Below, piece after piece: positions 34,243 through 43,859 of a stretch of DNA of 64,000 nucleotides. The position numbers were made by a program, and so were the translations under genes. Positions within the stretch are counted from its first letter, which is position 1, and each line of letters starts with the position of its first letter. The notes below the pieces were generated by a model that saw nothing but the letters and a program-made list of their open reading frames with translations, had not been told where the DNA came from and did no database searches. Where the stretch lies: positions 723,812 through 787,811 of the forward strand of contig CAVXRD010000004.1 in assembly GCA_963764165.1 (NCBI GenBank), written 5' to 3'. Source of the DNA: an uncultured Verrucomicrobiae bacterium (GTDB taxonomy: Bacteria > Verrucomicrobiota > Verrucomicrobiia > Limisphaerales > Palsa-1400).

Positions 34243-34485
34243 TTAGAGCCGGTCAGGAATGGCCGACTTGGCAAGCACCAAGGTTTTGCGTGGAATTCTT
34301 ACCATGCGTTCATCGGGCCCGCATCCGGCCGAGGGCGGCAGCGCCCCTGCCAAATCCGTTATGTCGGCGCCGATAACGGCGAAATCGCCGCCGTCCAATT
34401 CCCAAATATCCGGGCAGCCGTGGCAGCCGGGCGTCTTCGCTCCGTTCTCATGCGGGTCCGGGCCAATGCGTTTGATAAAAATCAT
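34243..34485 (-). CDS. Small conserved hypothetical protein (CxxCPDIWEL motif)
   Basis: GCHGCPDIWELDGGDFAVIG. Its TAA stop lies in the IS1380 target duplication. Confidence 0.7.
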   Translation of the reverse strand: MIFIKRIGPDPHENGAKTPGCHGCPDIWELDGGDFAVIGADITDLAGALPPSAGCGPDERMVRIPRKTLVLAKSAIPDRL

Positions 34486-34553
34486 GCGGAACTATTACCA
34501 ATGCATTGGTAAAAAGCAAGAACTTTTTCCATCGGCCATATCATGCAGCACGT

Positions 34554-34781
34554 ATGGGCAGAACACCCAAATCGCGGCGTGATGTTTTTGGAGCGTGGTT
34601 GCACCACTTGCGAACGGAGCAGGAATTGACGCAACAGAAACTGGCCGATTTAACCGGAATTTCCCAGCGTAACATCGCGTATTGGGAACGCTCCGGGAAA
34701 CTCAAGGGCCGCACGGAGATTCTCAAGTTGGCAAAAGCCCTGGGCGTCTCGGTGAAGGTGCTGCTGCGGGCGGATCGATAG
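34554..34781 (+). CDS. XRE-family HTH regulator
   Basis: LRTEQELTQQKLADLTGISQRNIAYWE...LAKALGVSV. Confidence 0.85.
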   Translation: MGRTPKSRRDVFGAWLHHLRTEQELTQQKLADLTGISQRNIAYWERSGKLKGRTEILKLAKALGVSVKVLLRADR

Positions 34782-35115
34782 CAAAGGGTGACATGCGCGC
34801 CCTCTCTTCAAAACTGCGTGCCTCCTGGCGCGACGCAGGCTCCTTATCCCACTTGGCGCAATAGTTCTCGTTCAAATCCGTCATCCGTCTCCAGTATTCG
34901 ACGGGATCGTTCTCCTTTAATTCCAAGAGTCTCGCCAGTTGAGCCGAGCTTTCGATCATCAGTGTCTTTATCTCCGCGTCCGTCATTCTCGAAAGCTCCG
35001 GCTTTTCAAGAAGCTCCGAATATCCACCCTCGTGCAGTCGTTCCAAGTAGCCACTGCGAAAGGCGTTGCAGGTCAGGGCATTGGCTTCTTCTCGTATAGT
35101 CATGGGTCGTTTCAT
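34723..35115 (-). CDS. Hypothetical protein
   Basis: Protein-like ORF (REEANALTCNAFRSGYLERLH...); function unknown. Confidence 0.55.
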   Translation of the reverse strand: MKRPMTIREEANALTCNAFRSGYLERLHEGGYSELLEKPELSRMTDAEIKTLMIESSAQLARLLELKENDPVEYWRRMTDLNENYCAKWDKEPASRQEARSFEERARMSPFAIDPPAAAPSPRRPGLLPT

Positions 35116-35269
35116 TGCATCTCGAATATTAACGAAGCATGTCAACAATTACAACTTGCCGACGTATTGCACATTTTGAAAATGAACTTGTCAATGCTGA
35201 CCTCAAACTTGCCTCAAAGCGCAACTCTTGACGCCTACCGCGCCATTTCCCTGCTGATATTCTGGAGTG

Positions 35270-36187
35270 ATGGAGTCCAATCGTCTGCCCCGTTTCAATC
35301 GCGCCGCCGCCGTTGCCCCGATGCAGTTGACGGAACGTGACCGTGGCATCATCAAATGGGTGCGCGAGCACCGGCTTTTGCGTTCATCGCATATCGTGTC
35401 ACTCGCGGACGGAAGCCCCCAGCAGGTATTGCGGCGCCTGCAATTGCTGTATCATCACGGATTCCTGGAGCGTCCGCGCACACAGATTGAATATTACCAC
35501 CAAGGGGGTTCCCGCTCGGTCGTGTACGGCCTCGGAAAGGAAGGCGCGTCCGTATTGAATCGAAAGGCTGGAGGGGATAGCCAATTTTTCCAATCCGGCG
35601 GAAAGCCGCCTCCTGTGAGCCGACTCTTTTTTGAACATACCCTGTTTGTTTCCGACATCATGGTGGGTCTCGAACTGGCCTGCCGCAAAGCGGAGGGCAT
35701 CCGCCTGCTTGCGGGAGAGGAATTGCCCATCGCAGGCGGTCGCCAAAAGACATTCAAATTGAGAGTCAAGGTGAATAGCCAAGTCTCACTCGGCATCATT
35801 CCTGACTGCGTGTTTGCCATCGCCTTCGACGAGGAATCGCCCGACCGATCCCCCACCGTATATTTCCTCGAAGCCGACCGGGGGACGATGCCCATTGTCC
35901 GCACCAATCTTTCGCAGACCTCATTCTACCGGAAACTCCTCGCCTACCAGGCGGCATGGTCACAAGGCCTGCATCGTTCTCAATGCGGAATTCATCGGTT
36001 CCGGGTGCTCACGGTGACGACGAGCGCAGAGAGGGTGGAATCAATGATAGCTGCATGTTCAGAGTTGAAAAGCGGGCATGGCCTCTTTCTCTTTTGCGAT
36101 TGGGCTGCGTTGCAACAACACGGCCATATGCTCAGTGCGCCTTGGAAAACCGGCAGACGCGGAGAAGCCGCCAGTTTGTTGCCGTAG
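35270..36187 (+). CDS. Replication-relaxation (Replic_Relax) family protein
   Basis: LTERDRGII...HR wHTH start, EHTL, PD..F and FLEADRGT. Confidence 0.85.
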   Translation: MESNRLPRFNRAAAVAPMQLTERDRGIIKWVREHRLLRSSHIVSLADGSPQQVLRRLQLLYHHGFLERPRTQIEYYHQGGSRSVVYGLGKEGASVLNRKAGGDSQFFQSGGKPPPVSRLFFEHTLFVSDIMVGLELACRKAEGIRLLAGEELPIAGGRQKTFKLRVKVNSQVSLGIIPDCVFAIAFDEESPDRSPTVYFLEADRGTMPIVRTNLSQTSFYRKLLAYQAAWSQGLHRSQCGIHRFRVLTVTTSAERVESMIAACSELKSGHGLFLFCDWAALQQHGHMLSAPWKTGRRGEAASLLP

Positions 36188-36188
36188 A

Positions 36189-36296
36189 CGGCAATTCTTC
36201 CCTCCTACCGCGAACCCATTCCAAGGGATACCATATTCCCCGGAGACGGTGCATTTCGTGAGCCGCAATCAGTTCTTCATTAGCTCGTTGACAATT
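36189..36296 (+). promoter_or_regulatory. 108-bp repeated leader/promoter element, copy 1
   Basis: Gap-free alignment to 37686..37793; upstream of the WGR-ligase gene. Confidence 0.65.
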
Positions 36297-36404
36297 CACA
36301 CCAGAAATTCGAACTGATTGAATCGCGTCAGATCAGCGGCGCGAGAGGAATAGGATGCTCTGCTCTCCGGTCATTCAACAAAAACAACCCCACGAAGGGA
36401 AAAC

Positions 36405-37499
36405 ATGAACGCAACTATGAATCCGCCCGAGGCGGAATCCATCACCCTGTATTACCGAGAGGGTTCCTCGGACAAGGTATATCAATGCAGCATTGAGCCA
36501 AGCGGGCAATTATTCGTCGTCACCTTCGCCTACGGGCGCAGAGGCGCGACGATGCAGACGGGGACCAAAACATCAGCGCCGGTCGATTACGAGACGGCCA
36601 AGGGGATCTATCACAAACTCATCCGGGAGAAAACTGCCAAAGGGTACACCCCCGGCGCAGATGGCACGCCGCATTGGCAAACCAGAAATGAAGGGCGTGC
36701 CACAGAGATTCGACCGCAACTTCTCAACCCGATTGCGGAGCATGAGGTCGAAGGGTTCATCAAAGACACGGCCTGGTGCATGCAGGAGAAAAAGGATGGA
36801 AGGCGCATCTTGCTGCAAAAGCAAGGGGCTGCCATCCACGGGATCAACAAGAAGGGGCTGCTTGTCGGGTTGCCCTCACCGATAGTTCATCAGGCAGGTA
36901 AATTCGGGAGCGATGTCATCATCGATGGTGAAGGCGTCGGAGACGTGTTGTACGCGTTTGATCTGTTGAAACTCGGTGATCAATCCCTGGTCAGCCGACC
37001 CTACCAGGCACGTCTGGCATTGTTGACCGAATTGCTGAATGCCCCGTTCGTCACGTTCATTGAGGTGGTTGACACAGCCTTCGCCCCTGCCGAGAAGGCG
37101 ATCCTCTTCAACCGGCTCACGGAGGGCAGAAAAGAGGGCGTCGTGTTCAAGCGATTGGACGCGCCGTACACGCCGGGGAGGCCGGGAAGCGGCGGCACAC
37201 AACTCAAACACAAGTTCTGCGCCACCCTCTCAGCCGTTGTGGCAAAGGTCAACGCGCAACGCAGCGTAGAGGTCCGACTGTTCTCTCCCGACGGGTGGGT
37301 GACTGCCGGAAACGTCACCATTCCACCGAACCATGATGTTCCGAAGATCGGCGCAGTCGCGGAGATTAAATACCTCTACGCCATGCCGGCAAGCGGCTGT
37401 CTGTATCAGACGGTGTACTTGGGTGTGCGCACCGACGTGGAGACACATGAATGCGTCGTCTCGCAGTTGAAGTTCAGAGGGGATGACGACGAGGGATGA
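36405..37499 (+). CDS. WGR domain plus ATP-dependent DNA ligase-like protein
   Basis: SDKVY...YGRRG...KGY WGR domain; ligase motifs EKKDG, DGE, AFDLL and EGVVFK. Confidence 0.85.
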   Translation: MNATMNPPEAESITLYYREGSSDKVYQCSIEPSGQLFVVTFAYGRRGATMQTGTKTSAPVDYETAKGIYHKLIREKTAKGYTPGADGTPHWQTRNEGRATEIRPQLLNPIAEHEVEGFIKDTAWCMQEKKDGRRILLQKQGAAIHGINKKGLLVGLPSPIVHQAGKFGSDVIIDGEGVGDVLYAFDLLKLGDQSLVSRPYQARLALLTELLNAPFVTFIEVVDTAFAPAEKAILFNRLTEGRKEGVVFKRLDAPYTPGRPGSGGTQLKHKFCATLSAVVAKVNAQRSVEVRLFSPDGWVTAGNVTIPPNHDVPKIGAVAEIKYLYAMPASGCLYQTVYLGVRTDVETHECVVSQLKFRGDDDEG

Positions 37500-37588
37500 A
37501 CGTCAATGCTCATCCGAGCAACCGCACGCAGCCGCTCATACACAGGCAAAACAATCTTCTAACGCGTCTTGAATTCGAGAGATTCCAT

Positions 37589-37628
37589 AGCGCCAAACTT
37601 CACCGTGGAGGTGGGTCTGGCGCTTTTT
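37589..37628 (+). terminator. Probable intrinsic terminator
   Basis: Imperfect hairpin AGCGCCAAACTTCACC / GGTGGGTCTGGCGCT followed by a T run. Confidence 0.55.
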
Positions 37629-37685
37629 CTTAGAACGTGCGGAGTCTATTGCTGGTTGATTTATTGAGCCAATACTTGCCGTCGG

Positions 37686-37793
37686 CGGCAATTCTTACCT
37701 CCTACCCCGCTTCCGTTCCAGGGCATACTATATTCCCCGGAGACAGTTCATTTCGTGAGCCGTCCCTAGTTCTTCACCAGTTCGTTGACAATT
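37686..37793 (+). promoter_or_regulatory. 108-bp repeated leader/promoter element, copy 2
   Basis: Matches 36189..36296 and ends 16 nt before the primase ATG. Confidence 0.65.
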
Positions 37794-37809
37794 AACCCAA
37801 GGAATACCC

Positions 37810-38838
37810 ATGCCAAAAACAAAGTTCGTTGACTTCAAGGCCGTCAAATCAGCCATCACCATGGAGCAGGTGCTCAGGCACTACAACTTGCTTGATACGT
37901 TCAAGCGGAGTGGTGACAGCCTCTCCGGCCCATGCCCCATCCACAAAGGATCAAACCCGACGCAGTTTCGAGTGAGCGTTTCCAAGAATGTGTGGAATTG
38001 CTTTTCGGAATGTAAACATGGCGGCAACACCCTCGACTTCATCGCGAGGATGGACAATGTGAGCATCCACGCGGCGGCAGTCAGGGCCGTCGAATGGTTC
38101 AACCTCGATGCCGATGCTGTGGCTGCGGATTCCGAACCGGAACCCGAGGAAACCAATGGCAGATCGCATTCCGCAGAAAGCCCACGTCCGCGTCCGGCCT
38201 CAAGCACGCCAGTATTAGACAACGTCCCGCCCAACAAACCACTGAAATTCAAGTTGGACAAATTAGACCAGAATCATCCCGCGCTTGCGGAGCGCAAACT
38301 GACGCCCGAAACCATCAATGATTTCGGAATCGGTTTTTGTGCCAAAGGTATGATGGCGGATCGAATCGCCATCCCCATCCGCAATGCGGAGGGAGCGGTC
38401 GTTGCCTATGCAGGACGCTGGCCAGGAGAACCGGCAGAGGATACTCCCAAATACAAGCTGCCGCAGGGTTTCCGCAAATCGCTCGAACTGTTCAACATTG
38501 ATCGGGCGATCAAGGAACCGAGCGAGTTGCCTCTCGTCATCGTTGAGGGATTCTTCGGCACGATGACGCTCCACCAGCACGGCTGCCGCAAGGTCGTCGC
38601 CCTCATGGGCAGCACCATGTCGGCCGCCCAGGAGGGGTTGCTACGAAAGCATACCACGGCCAACAGCCAGGTCATCGTCATGCTGGACGAGGACGATGCG
38701 GGCCGGGCGGGACGCGAGGACATCGCGGTGCGCCTCTCCAGGTTCCTCTATGTGAAGGTTCATGCCTTCGCTGAGGAGGGACGGCAGCCGGAAAGCCTCA
38801 GCGCGGAAGAATTACTGGCCATATATCCGAAGGCATGA
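37810..38838 (+). CDS. DnaG-like primase (CHC2 zinc finger plus TOPRIM)
   Basis: CPIH...CFSEC, IVEGFF and MLDEDDAG. Confidence 0.9.
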   Translation: MPKTKFVDFKAVKSAITMEQVLRHYNLLDTFKRSGDSLSGPCPIHKGSNPTQFRVSVSKNVWNCFSECKHGGNTLDFIARMDNVSIHAAAVRAVEWFNLDADAVAADSEPEPEETNGRSHSAESPRPRPASSTPVLDNVPPNKPLKFKLDKLDQNHPALAERKLTPETINDFGIGFCAKGMMADRIAIPIRNAEGAVVAYAGRWPGEPAEDTPKYKLPQGFRKSLELFNIDRAIKEPSELPLVIVEGFFGTMTLHQHGCRKVVALMGSTMSAAQEGLLRKHTTANSQVIVMLDEDDAGRAGREDIAVRLSRFLYVKVHAFAEEGRQPESLSAEELLAIYPKA

Positions 38839-38841
38839 TCT

Positions 38842-39168
38842 ATGGACGTTCATTGTTCTACCTGCGGCGAGCCGTGGGATGTCTATCATCTCTGGCACGA
38901 CGCCATTTATGACGTGTTGCCGGATGACGAGGCTAAAGCCTGGTGTTCGCTTCCTCGTGAGAAAAAGCTCACGGAGGATTATCGGAAGGAATTCCGCAGC
39001 GCCGGCTGGGAATTCGGGCGGTCTATCATTAATGTCATCCGCTGCCCGGCGTGTCCCAAGGACACGAAGCCGGACGAGGAGAAAGTCCAAACCAAAGCTG
39101 CTATCGAGGAACTCTTGGGCGGCGACGAGGATGGATTGGCCGCCACATTCGAGGACTTCGGCCTATGA
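38842..39168 (+). CDS. Small Zn-finger hypothetical protein
   Basis: CSTCGEPWD...CPAC and DEDG. Confidence 0.7.
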   Translation: MDVHCSTCGEPWDVYHLWHDAIYDVLPDDEAKAWCSLPREKKLTEDYRKEFRSAGWEFGRSIINVIRCPACPKDTKPDEEKVQTKAAIEELLGGDEDGLAATFEDFGL

Positions 39169-39249
39169 ATCCCGAATGCACAAGCGAGAACCTCTCAGTT
39201 CTTCGTCGCGTCATCAGCACGGCTAAACCAAACAAGCCGAAAGGGCCAG

Positions 39250-39804
39250 ATGACGTTGCCCGAGGAACGCGGGGAGTTTCAGGGTGCCAGCGTGCGGCTC
39301 TATCAAGCCTTCAACTTGGAGACGCTGCTTGCCTATCCGTATGACTATTTCGGCGACATTCTCGCTGAGAATCGTCACGGACGCCACCTTGGCTTCTATC
39401 CCACCCCCATGGATGTCTCTGTCCTCATGGCAGAGATGACCTTGGGCGAGGAGGATGCGCGGGCCAAGAGCATCTGCGATCCGTGTGTCGGAACCGGACG
39501 GCTGCTCCTTGCGGCTTCAAATCGTTCCTACCGCCTCTATGGCAACGACATCAATCCAACGGTCATCAAGGCCACGCTCGTCAACGGCTTCCTCTATGCG
39601 CCGTGGCTCGTGCGTCCCTTCCCGTTTCTTGACCCGCCGCTCTGTGATCCGTCGCAAAGCCAGGAGGTGAGCGATGCCATCGCGGCCCAGGCGAACATCC
39701 AAGGCACCGAGCACGACGCTCGCGAGCAATGGAAGTTCGAGCCGATCAAAAAGCGACGACGAATCGGAGAGCCTGCTTCAGAGCAAGGCATTCTGTTTGG
39801 CTGA
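39250..39804 (+). CDS. N-6 DNA methylase-like protein, probably a fragment
   Basis: GFYPTP and DPCVGTGRLL SAM-binding motif; no NPPY/F motif seen. Confidence 0.6.
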   Translation: MTLPEERGEFQGASVRLYQAFNLETLLAYPYDYFGDILAENRHGRHLGFYPTPMDVSVLMAEMTLGEEDARAKSICDPCVGTGRLLLAASNRSYRLYGNDINPTVIKATLVNGFLYAPWLVRPFPFLDPPLCDPSQSQEVSDAIAAQANIQGTEHDAREQWKFEPIKKRRRIGEPASEQGILFG

Positions 39805-39967
39805 TTCAAACAACCTCTTTCCCACGGAAGAGGTTGCCCTTTTTCCAACGTGGCAGGGACTCCGCCACCATACCTCTCGCTGTCAACAAAGCGCCGTCCG
39901 CGCTTCCAGCAAGAGTATCTAACCAGAAGCAACCCGCAGGAACGGGTGGACGGCACAAGGAGAGTAT

Positions 39968-40219
39968 ATGGAACAGCAACCCGCGTTCAAGAGAGATGAC
40001 GGAAATCCACCCTCGAATCCGATAATCCCGTCAGATCGGACACCATCCCGTTCCCTCAAAGTCGAGGCGGACGGAGGCCGGTATGACAGGGCCATCAAAC
40101 CCAAAATACGGTTGAGGGGCAACTGGCTCGAACGGGCCGGATTCAAACCGGGAAGCCGGGTCAGTATAGTCTGCGTGGCTTCCGGCTTCATCGAATTGCG
40201 TTCGCAGGAGGCGGCATGA
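39968..40219 (+). CDS. SymE-like (AbrB-fold) toxin family protein
   Basis: PKIRLRGNWLERAGFKPG signature. Confidence 0.75.
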   Translation: MEQQPAFKRDDGNPPSNPIIPSDRTPSRSLKVEADGGRYDRAIKPKIRLRGNWLERAGFKPGSRVSIVCVASGFIELRSQEAA

Positions 40220-40525
40220 ATGAAAACCAAACGCAAACCCCATCAACCCAACCTGAACCAGCCGGAACTGGTCGGGTTGGTCTGGCGGCCACGGCAATTC
40301 CAGTTCCGACTCCGCGTCGGCGATGTCGTTCGCTTGGACAATCGGCTTTGCCGTGTTGTCAGGGTGAACGAATGCGCGGCGGTTCTCTTAATGAACCAGC
40401 CCGCGCGCCAGTTCAAGACCCGCTTTGACCGGCCCGTTAGGTTCGAGCTGCCACCATCATTGACGCGGGTTTCGTCCAACGCCGACCTTGAAATCCTGAA
40501 CCGCAAAGAAAGGAAATCCAGATGA
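40220..40525 (+). CDS. Hypothetical protein
   Basis: Starts immediately after the SymE-like stop; beta-rich SH3-like pattern LRVGDVV. Confidence 0.5.
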   Translation: MKTKRKPHQPNLNQPELVGLVWRPRQFQFRLRVGDVVRLDNRLCRVVRVNECAAVLLMNQPARQFKTRFDRPVRFELPPSLTRVSSNADLEILNRKERKSR

Positions 40526-40531
40526 GCACCA

Positions 40532-40795
40532 ATGCGTATGACCGAGAAAGGGGGCTTTGGTTCTGACCCGTATTGCCGGGAGGAACTGATCGCCGAAATC
40601 GGGGCAGCGTTTCTCTGCGGAGAGGCGGAGATGGGCGAGCGCACCATCGACAATTCGGCAGCGTATGTCGCTGAATGGTTGAAACGTCTCAAAGAGGACA
40701 AGAAACTGATCATTCAGGCGGCAGCACAAGCCCAACGGGCGGCGGACTTCGTTCTGGGTAGGATATTCGACGACAGCGCGTCGGCCCAAGACTGA
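40532..40795 (+). pseudogene. ardC: C-terminal fragment of an ArdC-like antirestriction/ssDNA-binding protein
   Basis: FGSDPYCREELIAEIGAAFLC...NSAAYV..WL...AAAQAQRAADF; the N-terminal domain is absent. Confidence 0.8.
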
Positions 40796-40911
40796 ACTGC
40801 CCATACGAGAGACGTCAGTGATGTCGCACTCGGCGGGCGATGAATAATCTGTCCCAGATGTCTTTGCGGCCTCACATGGATGCAAGTTGAGCTTCCAACC
40901 CAAATACACCT

Positions 40912-40943
40912 AACCCCGCCCAAACAGGGCGGGGTTCTTTTTT
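40912..40943 (+). terminator. Intrinsic terminator
   Basis: Perfect 10-bp stem AACCCCGCCC / GGGCGGGGTT with a 5-nt loop, then CTTTTTT. Confidence 0.85.
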
Positions 40944-41119
40944 GGCCGACATTACAATTACTCAATGCCGCGGAATCCACGATAAATGCAAATCTAAGGA
41001 CTTTAGGAGAAACCGGCGCAGTTAAAGAAAAGACAACGACTTCTTGACTGGACAAAGTCGACCGACTTGGATAGACACTAGGAATACCGGTCTGTTTTTG
41101 GACGAAAACGTGTGCGAAA

Positions 41120-41899
41120 ATGAGTCAAATAGCGAAACAATTCTTTCTGTTCCTTATAATGGCCATTGTGCTCGGTGGAGCAGTTAGGCTTGTTCGCACC
41201 CAATCCACGACGATCTCAGCTAGCCAACCGGCTCGCGCGCCAGCCTTGGCACCGGCGGCGGTTCCTACGAGCCATCCAACTGCACCCCGGCAAGCGTCTG
41301 TCTCCATTGATCAAAACGGATGGTGCGAGCCCATCGTCATTCCGAAAGGTCTGCGTGTTAAATGGCATATCAGTGATCCTAATGCTTGGCTTGATATGAG
41401 GATCAATGGGTCTCAAGAATATCGTCAGCCGCCATTCAATGATGCTCGATGGAAGGCGACTCGAATCAGCAACCGTATCGATAGTCTAGAGTTTATGATC
41501 CCTACCGGCACTCGAGTTAAAAACGCTCTGGTTCAATACGCCGTGGGAATATCTCTCACAAATGTTCAGCTTCCAAGTCTTCAGCCTCCCCCAAAAAAAG
41601 ATACGTCGTGGCCAATCGGAGATCTTCCCACGCGCGAGATCACTATTCCGCCTCCTGGTTATGTATTCGGAACTGAGGTGACGGATACGATTTACCCTAT
41701 CGAGGATGTGTATTACCGCATTGAGCCTGATTGGGCTGCCACACCAAATGCAGACACAGGCGCGAACTCTATTCAAATCGCTCCGCTTAAGGGAGGGATA
41801 CGGAGTTCTGTTAACAACCAATGCGACGGATTACGCATTCGAGTTTCGGCTCCAGGAATGAATCCCGTTACGATTCGCTTTTCTTTTGCCCCGCAATAG
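41120..41899 (+). CDS. Hypothetical exported or membrane-anchored protein
   Basis: N-terminal hydrophobic helix, Pro/Ala linker and beta-rich domains. Confidence 0.65.
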   Translation: MSQIAKQFFLFLIMAIVLGGAVRLVRTQSTTISASQPARAPALAPAAVPTSHPTAPRQASVSIDQNGWCEPIVIPKGLRVKWHISDPNAWLDMRINGSQEYRQPPFNDARWKATRISNRIDSLEFMIPTGTRVKNALVQYAVGISLTNVQLPSLQPPPKKDTSWPIGDLPTREITIPPPGYVFGTEVTDTIYPIEDVYYRIEPDWAATPNADTGANSIQIAPLKGGIRSSVNNQCDGLRIRVSAPGMNPVTIRFSFAPQ

Positions 41900-42021
41900 G
41901 ACGAAAGCAAATTTCGCCACGTTCGCAGCCCAGATAGCAATATCAATTTCGCCCCCAAAAAGATAAATATCAGATCTTGCTTTGAGCAAACTGGTAAAAT
42001 TGCTCCAACGTGTCACGCGCG

Positions 42022-42237
42022 TCAGCCGAGTTCTCGACGTGCAGTGGCCAACTCCAATTCTAACGCATCCAAACATGCGAAAAAGGAATGACACTCGTCC
42101 TGCCAGGGACCTATAAATCTCGCCTGAAATTGTATCGCAACCTCATCCTTCCACGCGGCCTGGCATTCCAACCACGATGCCATAAATTGTGACCATTCTC
42201 GCCTAATCTCCTCATGTGTATCGGACGCATTACCCAT
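42022..42237 (-). CDS. Short WXG100-like protein
   Basis: Helix-WKD-helix (AAWKDEVAIQF); last gene of the FtsK cluster. Confidence 0.6.
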   Translation of the reverse strand: MGNASDTHEEIRREWSQFMASWLECQAAWKDEVAIQFQARFIGPWQDECHSFFACLDALELELATARRELG

Positions 42238-42316
42238 TTAATTTCCTATTTACGCAATTTAAAATACACGTCATAAACCAGTCGGCACTTCAAGCACTAC
42301 GTTGAATTTGCCAGCC

Positions 42317-42655
42317 TCATTTGTCATATTGATTGCCCCCTTGCTCATCAACTTCCTTCGGATGGCTAACGCGAACCAATCCCTTGAAACGGTTAGGCAA
42401 AGCGTCAAAAAACACACGCCCGTCACTTGGATATACACGGCGTGGTCCTGGCCCCCAAATCCCCTCCTTGATCAGCGATTTTGCGGTTAAGGGGTTGTCG
42501 AATGTTACCCCTTGTTTCTGGGACCACCACACCTTAGCCCTAACTTTAGGAGGGGTATGTTGATAATCCACTATATCTAGTTGTAAGATTTCGTCTCTCA
42601 TGGGCTCCGTTAGCGTATCATAAAAATTGGGACGGCGCAAGGCCCGACAGAACAT
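42317..42655 (-). CDS. Hypothetical protein; candidate immunity protein of the kinase effector
   Basis: TAATG stop/start overlap with the kinase gene (alternative start MRDEIL). Confidence 0.55.
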   Translation of the reverse strand: MFCRALRRPNFYDTLTEPMRDEILQLDIVDYQHTPPKVRAKVWWSQKQGVTFDNPLTAKSLIKEGIWGPGPRRVYPSDGRVFFDALPNRFKGLVRVSHPKEVDEQGGNQYDK

Positions 42656-43845
42656 TACCTGGTCAAATATCGGCCCCTTTCGAGAAGCAATGTGGCACGA
42701 TTTATCATGTGTCGAACGGCGTCACTGCCAACCAACTCCCTCAACTCGGGAGTCCATACGTTTTGAGTCTTCAAAAAGTGTGTTAGTCGATCGCGGCTCG
42801 CACGACTGATTTCCTCCCCGGCGGCCGGAGCCATCCGCCAATCAACTTCTCCGCTGGAGCTCAAGCAGTCCCCATTATCGATTAAAGCCAAGTCAATGCC
42901 GTCCGGTCGTTTTCGGAGCATCCAGTTGTCCCCGTGTCGATCAACGTGGCCGATAATCTCATCGAGGAGCTGCCAATCGTGGCGCTGCTCTTTACAAAGT
43001 CTATCGAGAACTGTATCGTCGAATTCACCAAGATCCTCCAGTTCTCCAAATGTTAGGTATCCACTTTGGAACAACTGCGCGCTACCAGTTCTGTTATTGT
43101 AGCGAATCACCTCGGTCGGTGGAACTAAGTGAAGGCCAAGAATGTCGTCTACTAGAGATGCTGCCTTTTCACGAAGATATCTTGTTCCTGGTGCGATACC
43201 GGGAAAATACCCTGATTGTTCACCATCACCCGGTTTAAATATCACTTGCAGATCATTCCTATCACTCGTTAGGCGGAAGGAATCATTTGCGTTATGCCCT
43301 TCGATCCGTTCGGCGGTAGTGAATCTAGCGTCTCTAATTTTCGCCCGAACACCTGGAGCCGTAATACTGAAGAGCAGGTTATCCATTGCGCACGAGTTAA
43401 AGATTGGAATCGATAACTCAGGTGCATCAATGTCCGCCTTTAAATAGGCTTCTAAATCCTCACCCGCACGATTCAAGAAGTCGCGAGCCTTGACCGAGTG
43501 TTCATCTGCCAAAGCCAACATTGTTCTGGAGTGCCGTCGATACGCATTGGACGCGACCGAAAGATCGTTGATCCTACGTTTGATACTGTCAAGATCTTCC
43601 TCAACTCCTTCAAGTCGCCTCTGCTGCCATCTCGTGTCTTCATCTTCGTCCGCGGAATCAATTTGATCTTGCAGGTTAGAAATCTTGCGATGTAAGTCAC
43701 TTCGCCGATCTTCCAAGTCGTCCATCACGCGCTGGATTTGAGTGTCTATGAATAGCAAGCGCTCTTTAACGGAAGTTGCCCACCGGCGGCAGGCATTTTC
43801 CATGTTTTGAATTGCCTCGACACTGGCATTGACTCCGTCGCTCAT
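42655..43845 (-). CDS. WXG/LXG-like helical N-terminus fused to a PI3K/PI4K/HipA-like kinase domain; candidate effector
   Basis: ~135-aa coiled coil, then IFKP, REKAA, VPPT, GSAQLF, DRHGDNW and LIDNG. Confidence 0.8.
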   Translation of the reverse strand: MSDGVNASVEAIQNMENACRRWATSVKERLLFIDTQIQRVMDDLEDRRSDLHRKISNLQDQIDSADEDEDTRWQQRRLEGVEEDLDSIKRRINDLSVASNAYRRHSRTMLALADEHSVKARDFLNRAGEDLEAYLKADIDAPELSIPIFNSCAMDNLLFSITAPGVRAKIRDARFTTAERIEGHNANDSFRLTSDRNDLQVIFKPGDGEQSGYFPGIAPGTRYLREKAASLVDDILGLHLVPPTEVIRYNNRTGSAQLFQSGYLTFGELEDLGEFDDTVLDRLCKEQRHDWQLLDEIIGHVDRHGDNWMLRKRPDGIDLALIDNGDCLSSSGEVDWRMAPAAGEEISRASRDRLTHFLKTQNVWTPELRELVGSDAVRHMINRATLLLERGRYLTR

Positions 43846-43859
43846 GGAAGCAAATAGAT

